A program made the translations under genes and the position numbers. Positions 58,042 to 64,000 of a stretch of DNA of 64,000 nucleotides are shown here, piece by piece (position 1 is the first letter of the stretch; each line of letters begins with the position of its first letter). The notes beneath the pieces were generated by a model that was not told the DNA's origin, ran no database searches, and worked only from the letters and a program-made list of their open reading frames with translations. This DNA comes from an uncultured virus (IMG/VR IMGVR_UViG_3300033463_000096) (lineage: Duplodnaviria > Heunggongvirae > Uroviricota > Caudoviricetes). Location of the stretch: the IMG/VR virus record IMGVR_UViG_3300033463_000096, positions 1 to 64,000 of that record. One strand, written 5' to 3'.

Positions 58042-58661
58042 TATTTACCCCTTACTTCTGCAATAATTTCATCAACGAAAGCAATGATGTCTTCTTCGTC
58101 AAGTACCTTCTTGAAGCTCTTCTTGCGTCCACCAAATTCAGCCCAGCCGTCAACCACAAATTTTCCGGTATATCTACTAAAGGTATCTCTAGGCATAAAT
58201 GCTATTGCTTTATCTGTTTCAGCATAAGGTGTTTCTTGCTGTTCAGGTGTCACATACCAGTCAATTCTCCAACCGCCACGGCCAATATCAGGTCCGCAGG
58301 CAAACTTAATCCTATGATAGTTTTGAGCAGGAGCATTATGAGCACCAGAAACAGGATTATAATATCCATCATCGTAGCTCCAGATGTCAACCTTATACTT
58401 CTTCTCGATATGCTTTATCATTTCTTCAACTACAGGCACGGCACTTTTACGAAGACGAATTGCTTCTTGGTCATACTTGTCTCTGACATACTTGTTATTT
58501 CCACCGTATGCCTTTAAGTTAAGACGAAAGTCAACCTGTTTCTTCTGTTCTGGTGTTGTAGCGCCATACTTAGCATAAGCTCTTTCACGGTTGGCGTCTA
58601 TTGCTTCAGCAATCAATCCTGCTTTCTGCAATGCATCTAATGCTTCGTTTAATTCCATCAC
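58041..58661 (-). CDS. MELNEAL-leader protein (putative internal head protein)
   Basis: N-terminus MELNEALDALQKAGLIAE. Confidence 0.65.
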   Translation of the reverse strand: MMELNEALDALQKAGLIAEAIDANRERAYAKYGATTPEQKKQVDFRLNLKAYGGNNKYVRDKYDQEAIRLRKSAVPVVEEMIKHIEKKYKVDIWSYDDGYYNPVSGAHNAPAQNYHRIKFACGPDIGRGGWRIDWYVTPEQQETPYAETDKAIAFMPRDTFSRYTGKFVVDGWAEFGGRKKSFKKVLDEEDIIAFVDEIIAEVRGK

Positions 58662-58978
58662 TTATCCTTCTTCCTGTAAATCTTCATCGCTTCACGAGCG
58701 ATGTTGATGTCTGGATATTTCAAAATCATCTGTGGGCGAATGTCGTTCCATACATCTGAAATGCCGTTGAACCACATTAGGAACCACCAGTAGTTAGTGG
58801 TTCCATAAATGAGCTTTGAAATACGGTCAGGTCTACCAACATCGTATTCTGAACACTTATACCATTTTACAGGACCAAAGTCAAAATCACCAAAATCCAT
58901 TGAACCCAAATCCTTTTCAACGATTTGGTCAACGGTGTTGGTCTGCAGGAAATTGGTTCTGTATGTCAGGTTTTCCAT
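58658..58978 (-). CDS. gp53: Baseplate wedge subunit gp53-like
   Basis: RPDRISKLIYGTTNYWWFLMWFNGISDVWND. Confidence 0.85.
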   Translation of the reverse strand: MENLTYRTNFLQTNTVDQIVEKDLGSMDFGDFDFGPVKWYKCSEYDVGRPDRISKLIYGTTNYWWFLMWFNGISDVWNDIRPQMILKYPDINIAREAMKIYRKKDK

Positions 58979-58981
58979 ATT

Positions 58982-59884
58982 TTATTTATTCTTTATCTGT
59001 TTCAATTCATTTTGGAATTCATAGATGTGTCCAATTGGCGCAGTAATGATCTTGCCCCAATCGTCTTTCACGGTAATCTTCTGGTCACCTGTCAGACAAG
59101 CATATTCCTGGTTGAAGTGCTTGATACCGTGGTCGCGGATAATCTTTTCTTTGAATTTCTCATCACGACCGTCAATCTCCCACCACTGAACCTTACAAGG
59201 AATAAAGGTATTACGCCCTAACTTTGCGTCGTTCCAGATATTATAGAAGTGGTTAAATCCTTTCGGTGTGCTAATAAGCAAAAGCATAGCGTCAGGACGA
59301 GATGCTTGAGTAGGGAACACAGAGTTCATAAAGGCATCAGCAGCTTTGTCATCAAGGTGAGCAAATTCGTCCACCAGTTCAAGGTCAACCGTCTTACCAC
59401 GGATTGACGAAGAAGATGACGCTGCTGAAAATACTCTTGTCTTGTTTTCAAGAATAAATTCTGATTGGTTCCATTTGATGATACCCTTCTGCAGCCACAT
59501 TGGCAGTGAAGTATAGGCCTGCTGAATACGGAACATAATTTCATCGGCCTGAGAAGCCTTGTTAGCCAAGATAGCGATAATCTTCGCTGGATGGAACAAA
59601 GCATACCATGTAATGTAAAGCGTAGCGATGGTTGTCTTACCAGACTGGCGACCCATCATAATGATACGGTTGTTTCGGCCAGGTACTTTGGTCGTGATAG
59701 CCTTCACCAAACGCTGCTGGTAGCCACGGAGCTTAATAGGATGAATACCGTCCGCAGCAGTGATTTCAAAGTATTTAGCGAAGTGGAAGATATTACGTTT
59801 ACACTTCAAATACTCTTGCATCTGCTCGGGCGTCATCTGAACCTTTTCGCCGGCGGCTCGCAATAATTCGTTCTTCTTAAACAT
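58982..59884 (-). CDS. terL (gp17, N-part): Terminase large subunit, N-terminal (ATPase) half, followed by a split-intein N-fragment
   Basis: LRGYQ adenine-binding motif, Walker A GRQSGKTT, Walker B VDEFAH, coupling motif STPKG, then FNQEYA followed by CLTGD... and a stop. Confidence 0.95.
   Translation of the reverse strand: MFKKNELLRAAGEKVQMTPEQMQEYLKCKRNIFHFAKYFEITAADGIHPIKLRGYQQRLVKAITTKVPGRNNRIIMMGRQSGKTTIATLYITWYALFHPAKIIAILANKASQADEIMFRIQQAYTSLPMWLQKGIIKWNQSEFILENKTRVFSAASSSSSIRGKTVDLELVDEFAHLDDKAADAFMNSVFPTQASRPDAMLLLISTPKGFNHFYNIWNDAKLGRNTFIPCKVQWWEIDGRDEKFKEKIIRDHGIKHFNQEYACLTGDQKITVKDDWGKIITAPIGHIYEFQNELKQIKNK
58985..59098 (-). mobile_element. Split intein N-fragment (38 aa)
   Basis: Block A: CLTGDQKITVKDDWGKIITAPIGHIYEFQNELKQIKNK; Cys1 codon at 59098-59096. 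Confidence 0.9.
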
Positions 59885-59899
59885 TATTCAACCTCTAGT

Positions 59900-59911
59900 T
59901 ATTTATAAATA
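59900..59911. promoter_or_regulatory. Palindromic bidirectional late promoter
   Basis: TATTTATAAATA contains TATAAATA on both strands, between divergent genes. Confidence 0.8.
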
Positions 59912-59927
59912 CTGTAGAGGTATTTTA

Positions 59928-61172
59928 ATGAAAGACATTGACGAAGGCTACATGGAAGGCGATTTCAACCGCTGGGACCGTAGAAAGATTGAAAAAGGTA
60001 TTGCCCCGTCATGGGCAAAAAAAGTGACGATTATGGGTCCTAGACCTAAGAAACCGCAAACAAGCTCTTCTCCATCTGAACTTGCTATGCGCCGCGTCAC
60101 TGAACCGAATTATCGCCCAGCTTTTTCCGAAACAGATTTGAAGGCAGCACGAGAAGGCGAAGAAACAATGAACGCCCGTATTGCTGACCGTATTCAGAAG
60201 GCATTTGACGAATTTCATGTCGGCTGTTCTGCTGACTGCATTTCAGTCAATACACCTACCGTAAGGTTTATGATTTATCCTTACGGCTTTGTTTATAAAG
60301 TAAAAACAATTTACAGTGCCACACGCAAAGAAATGACTGATTGTGAATCTTTGTATGAGGTCATTGAGTTAATCAAACAAAAGAGCCAAACAGTTGGAGA
60401 ATCTATGGAAATTGAACATGCATTGAAATTGCTTGAAAGCGTGGGCGCCAAGGTTTTGAAAGAAGATACCGATGATTGGGATGTTGCTGATATGCCTGCC
60501 GGCTTGACACACGCTCAGCGTCAGAAATGGGCAAAGCGCCACAACGCCGCTACCGATAAAGACTTTGAAAGACGAGCAAGAAATTGGGACCAAGTTCACA
60601 AAGCAGAAGATGAATATCAAAAGGAATTCGGTGCTGGTGAACCAATTGAATACTGGAAGGCTGAAGACGGCCAGGAAGGCCGAGTAGTTGGTTCTAAGGC
60701 TGAATACGCAAAGGCATTTAACCAGTCACCTGAAAATGACGAAAAGGTTAAAGCAATTTTTGATGGCCTAGTTGAATTGGGCTGGAAATACGTCGGAACA
60801 TGGATGGGACAGGAATTGCCTAAGGGTTATGGTGACCCTGCATTTTCGTCACCTAATGAACGCTTCTTCGTGTTCAAGAAACCAGGCAAGTTCAAGACTG
60901 GATATAAGGCTGGCAAGAAAGGACACATTGAAGACTATGTGATTGGCTTCGCTGTGCCGCCGCAATACAATAAGCCAGGACAAAAGAAATTGTCAGTCAG
61001 CTACTTTGACGCTACAAGAGATGGCGGCGGAGACGCTTCTTCACCTAAAGAATTTGTTAAAGAAGTTGAAAGACATTACCAATTCTACATTAAGGACCAC
61101 AAGAAATTCTATCGTGGTGCCGGCAAGCCGGATTACGAAGAAATGGCAGCATTAGCTTATGAGGGCAGATAA
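59928..61172 (+). CDS. Hypothetical late protein with an internal leader-like motif
   Basis: 414 aa; MEIEHALKLLESVGAKVLKEDTD starts at residue 160. Confidence 0.65.
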   Translation: MKDIDEGYMEGDFNRWDRRKIEKGIAPSWAKKVTIMGPRPKKPQTSSSPSELAMRRVTEPNYRPAFSETDLKAAREGEETMNARIADRIQKAFDEFHVGCSADCISVNTPTVRFMIYPYGFVYKVKTIYSATRKEMTDCESLYEVIELIKQKSQTVGESMEIEHALKLLESVGAKVLKEDTDDWDVADMPAGLTHAQRQKWAKRHNAATDKDFERRARNWDQVHKAEDEYQKEFGAGEPIEYWKAEDGQEGRVVGSKAEYAKAFNQSPENDEKVKAIFDGLVELGWKYVGTWMGQELPKGYGDPAFSSPNERFFVFKKPGKFKTGYKAGKKGHIEDYVIGFAVPPQYNKPGQKKLSVSYFDATRDGGGDASSPKEFVKEVERHYQFYIKDHKKFYRGAGKPDYEEMAALAYEGR

Positions 61173-61173
61173 A

Positions 61174-61755
61174 ATGAAATTAGACGAAGCATTGGATAAA
61201 TTAAGAGCAGCAGGTGCTCAATTTATTAAAGAAGACACCGACACCCACGATGATGAAGAGTTTCCTCTTAATCTGAGAAGACATAACATTTTCAAGGGCG
61301 CCAGAGACAGAGCATTGACAGACAAGGAAGATAAAGAAGTTGATGCTATTGATAGAAAGCTGAGCAAGATACCGGACCACGACAGCGTCTGGCGGAAAAA
61401 GATAAATGCAGGTATCTGGGCTATCAAGCTAGTTGTTTCAACTGATGCGTATGACGAAGAAAAAGACGAATACGTTGATGACTATACGCTTGGCTATCTT
61501 AAGCCGGATGGCACAGTCGCTAAAACATACGGTAATGACTGTATGTTGAATTATCGTCAGTGTCAAGACTTGATGGACAAATATGCAAGATACAATGACG
61601 GACCAGCAAAGCCCGGATTTGAAAAGGCATTGAAACAGAAGTTCAAGATTACCGATAAAAAGGCAACAATCTTCTTGTCACCGGGAACCATCAAGCGCGG
61701 TAAGTTCCATCTGTTCAACATGGATGACAACTGGGCAGATGCAGAAGACATTTAA
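61174..61755 (+). CDS. MELNEAL-like leader protein (putative internal head protein)
   Basis: N-terminus MKLDEALDKLRAAGAQFIKEDTD from ATG 61174. Confidence 0.65.
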   Translation: MKLDEALDKLRAAGAQFIKEDTDTHDDEEFPLNLRRHNIFKGARDRALTDKEDKEVDAIDRKLSKIPDHDSVWRKKINAGIWAIKLVVSTDAYDEEKDEYVDDYTLGYLKPDGTVAKTYGNDCMLNYRQCQDLMDKYARYNDGPAKPGFEKALKQKFKITDKKATIFLSPGTIKRGKFHLFNMDDNWADAEDI

Positions 61756-61794
61756 CTCCCAGCCGAAATAATCGGACACGTTTCATACTAAAAA

Positions 61795-61823
61795 GGAGCC
61801 CATTTTCATGGGCTCCAATTTTT
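61795..61823 (+). terminator. Rho-independent terminator
   Basis: ggagcccat-tttc-atgggctcc followed by a T-rich tract. Confidence 0.75.
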
Positions 61824-61980
61824 GTTTTCAAAACCGGCTTTTTCGCCGCAAACTGACAAATTTTCTATCTTAAATTTATGAAATTTGGGCAGTTTTATTA
61901 CAGTTTTGAGCAGAGTTCTTGTTTATTTGTGATAAATTACCTAAAAATTAGTAATTATACAGATTATGCAAAAATTACAG

Positions 61981-62007
61981 AAAAAGGCGGGATTTCTCCC
62001 GCCTTTT
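61981..62007. terminator. Rho-independent terminator
   Basis: aaaaaggcggga-tttc-tcccgcctttt. Confidence 0.8.
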
Positions 62008-62010
62008 ATT

Positions 62011-62925
62011 TTATTCACTTCTTGGCTTCAAATCATTGTATCGGAAGACGCAGTGCTTCTGAGCATATTCCCTTGCATTCTGTTGTGCAGCAGCTCGTGT
62101 AAGCATCAGTTTCGCAAATTCACAGATTTCTTCGGTTGAATTGGCATAAACATATTGTCCGCCTAAACCGAGTTCCTGTTCAGTTTCGTAACTGACTTCA
62201 ATGCGGTGCAGGATGTTATCCTTAACTCCGCCTTCAGCGATAGTAAATGCCTTTGCCCAACGCTTCATTCCGTTTTTATCGTTATAGGCAACGAACACAT
62301 GATAGAATGTATGCCAGCGAACAATACGGTCAGCAATGCGTTCCATCTTAATGTTAAATTCTTCACCTGTTTCAGTAAGGATTTCCTGTATCTTTTCAAT
62401 CGGCAAACCTAACTTACTTTCAAGTTTGATGAGCTGCTTCTTAACAGACTTTTCTCTCTTACGAAGACGCTTGACTTCATTAAGTGTCAATTCTTTCAGT
62501 TCTTCCATTGAATGTTCATGGTCTCTGTCGCCGTAAATCTTGTTGGCGATAGGACGAACATCAACTCGCTGATACTGCCAAAATTCATTTGGCAATCCGC
62601 CATAGTCAAGCCAAGCAATCGGAGAATGCATGTGCTTAGCTCCAAGGTTCGCTTTATCAGCAGCAATCTCAAGACCTTTCTCATAAGCGTTTTTCCACTT
62701 CCAGACATAAACATCGGAAAATGCAACACGGTCAGGTTTGAAGGAATTAGCGTTGGTATGAAATTCAAACACAATGCCGTCATCTCTGCCATCTGGGAAG
62801 AAAACGAACATTCTCTTCGTATCTTCACCGCTGCACCATCTTGGGCGCTCTTGATAACAAGCAAAGTATGGAATTTGGTTTTCGTCACACCAGTTAGCAA
62901 TTTCTAAAGCAGTTAAATCAATCAT
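62011..62925 (-). CDS. Hypothetical protein
   Basis: 304-aa ORF with GAGG RBS. Confidence 0.7.
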   Translation of the reverse strand: MIDLTALEIANWCDENQIPYFACYQERPRWCSGEDTKRMFVFFPDGRDDGIVFEFHTNANSFKPDRVAFSDVYVWKWKNAYEKGLEIAADKANLGAKHMHSPIAWLDYGGLPNEFWQYQRVDVRPIANKIYGDRDHEHSMEELKELTLNEVKRLRKREKSVKKQLIKLESKLGLPIEKIQEILTETGEEFNIKMERIADRIVRWHTFYHVFVAYNDKNGMKRWAKAFTIAEGGVKDNILHRIEVSYETEQELGLGGQYVYANSTEEICEFAKLMLTRAAAQQNAREYAQKHCVFRYNDLKPRSE

Positions 62926-62995
62926 TTCAAATCCTCTGTTATAAAATTAAAAAATGGGGCGCCGTTTGGCAACCCCTTTTGAAATAATTTATTCT

Positions 62996-64000
62996 TTATT
63001 TAGTTGGTCGTTTATAACCGAAGATGGTCATGTCTTCTTCCTTCTTAACCGTCTTATCGCCTTTTCGTTGCTCCTTATAGTCACAGCGATGTTTTGCTAT
63101 TGACTTGGAGAAGAGCTTGGTGATATAAGAACTGGTTCCGAGCGAGTGACCATTCTTAGCCTTAACATTGCCATCTCTATCTGTCAAGTAGTCAACCACC
63201 ATTGTCACGGTTCCCGCAGATGTAGCCTCGTCTTCGTCGTTCAGTGTGTATTCAACAACGAAATCATTTACATAGTTCGCTTGTGTTGTGTAAACCCACA
63301 AGTGCATGTTATAGGTCACATCATACAATGGAATGTTCAATCCATGCTTCTGATAGTCCTTCTTGAATTCTTCAGTGCAGTGTTCGTCAACATATTGGTC
63401 AACAGGTATACCCTTTGTTGAAGCTCCGACAATGTTGCCTTTATCATCAATCGGTATCATTCCGTTCTTGACGATATCATCAAGCGTTGCCAAACCACCC
63501 GTTGGTGATACTGAAGGCAAAGCAATGTCAACCTTAAATCCGATACCGACCGGGTCAGGTTTATCATCGCCCTTCAAAGTAGTCACCGTATAAGGCTTCT
63601 TCGGGTTATACTTGTTGTCGGCATAGAAGGAGTCAACCTTATCTTGATTTACCTTCGTCACTGGGTTGACGATGTTTATCTCAATATCCTTTGCTTCCTT
63701 CATGATTACCATTACTGTATCAGCAGCAACATTGCCAGCCTTGTCAACATATCTACGGATAACATAATTGACGCCTTTTTCAAGTCTCTGCAATGTCAAG
63801 GTATCTTGCTTAACTCCGTTGACTGTCCATTCCACAGGAATAGCATTTCGGTTGAATGCCTCGCCGCCGTAAGGTGACAAGATTTCAAGTGAAGGCGGAA
63901 TATCGTCAAAGATTATGTCAACCTTTGAAGATGCCTTATTGCCGAAATCATCTATGTAGTCGTAAGTGACGGTGTAAGCAATGTTGCCTTCCTTGTTCTT
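62996..64000 (-). CDS. C-terminal part of a large surface-type protein resembling Fibrobacter fibro-slime family proteins (5' end outside window)
   Basis: Frame stays open from 64000 (KNKEGNIAYTVTYDYIDDFGNKAS...). Ig-like YVDKAGN motif and FGYKRPTK C-terminus are recalled from Fibrobacter proteins, not searched. Confidence 0.55.
   Translation of the reverse strand, partial: KNKEGNIAYTVTYDYIDDFGNKASSKVDIIFDDIPPSLEILSPYGGEAFNRNAIPVEWTVNGVKQDTLTLQRLEKGVNYVIRRYVDKAGNVAADTVMVIMKEAKDIEINIVNPVTKVNQDKVDSFYADNKYNPKKPYTVTTLKGDDKPDPVGIGFKVDIALPSVSPTGGLATLDDIVKNGMIPIDDKGNIVGASTKGIPVDQYVDEHCTEEFKKDYQKHGLNIPLYDVTYNMHLWVYTTQANYVNDFVVEYTLNDEDEATSAGTVTMVVDYLTDRDGNVKAKNGHSLGTSSYITKLFSKSIAKHRCDYKEQRKGDKTVKKEEDMTIFGYKRPTK

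Noticed and set aside
58982..59884. terL as a truncated pseudogene or intron-split gene
   Set aside because: Both pieces are intact ORFs bounded by intein motifs at one precise junction, and opposite strands rule out cis RNA splicing.
1..64000. Stop-codon reassignment, tRNA genes, integrase or transposase
   Set aside because: Conserved genes are full length in the standard code, with TAG and TGA used as real stops. No tRNA or recombinase motifs were recognised by eye; tRNAscan would be needed to confirm.

Overview
This is a 64-kb fragment of a large T4-like (gp23/gp20/gp55/RegA-type) myovirus genome. The host is possibly Fibrobacter, judged from one truncated gene at the right edge. Bases 1-4.9 kb are a leftward early block (MoxR-type AAA+ ATPase, its probable VWA/metallopeptidase-like partner and small hypotheticals) under sigma70-type promoters. 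Bases 5.4-61.8 kb are a scrambled late/virion region driven by TATAAATA boxes. It holds the capsid, scaffold, portal, terminase, tail tube, baseplate, tape-measure, fibre-like, gp55 and RegA genes. The main finding is that the large terminase is encoded in two pieces about 52 kb apart on opposite strands. The ATPase half (58982-59884, minus) ends in a 38-aa N-intein and the nuclease half (5396-6538, plus) begins with a 123-aa C-intein, so DNA packaging probably depends on protein trans-splicing. Other notable observations are: a family of unrelated proteins sharing an N-terminal 'MELNEAL...AGLIAE' leader (candidate capsid-targeting signal); a structured non-coding locus of about 320 nt; a 1647-aa fibre-like protein with about 25 CxxC motifs; and a lysozyme-like domain on a tube-fold protein instead of on gp5. 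All assignments come from motifs recognised by eye; no database searches were run.
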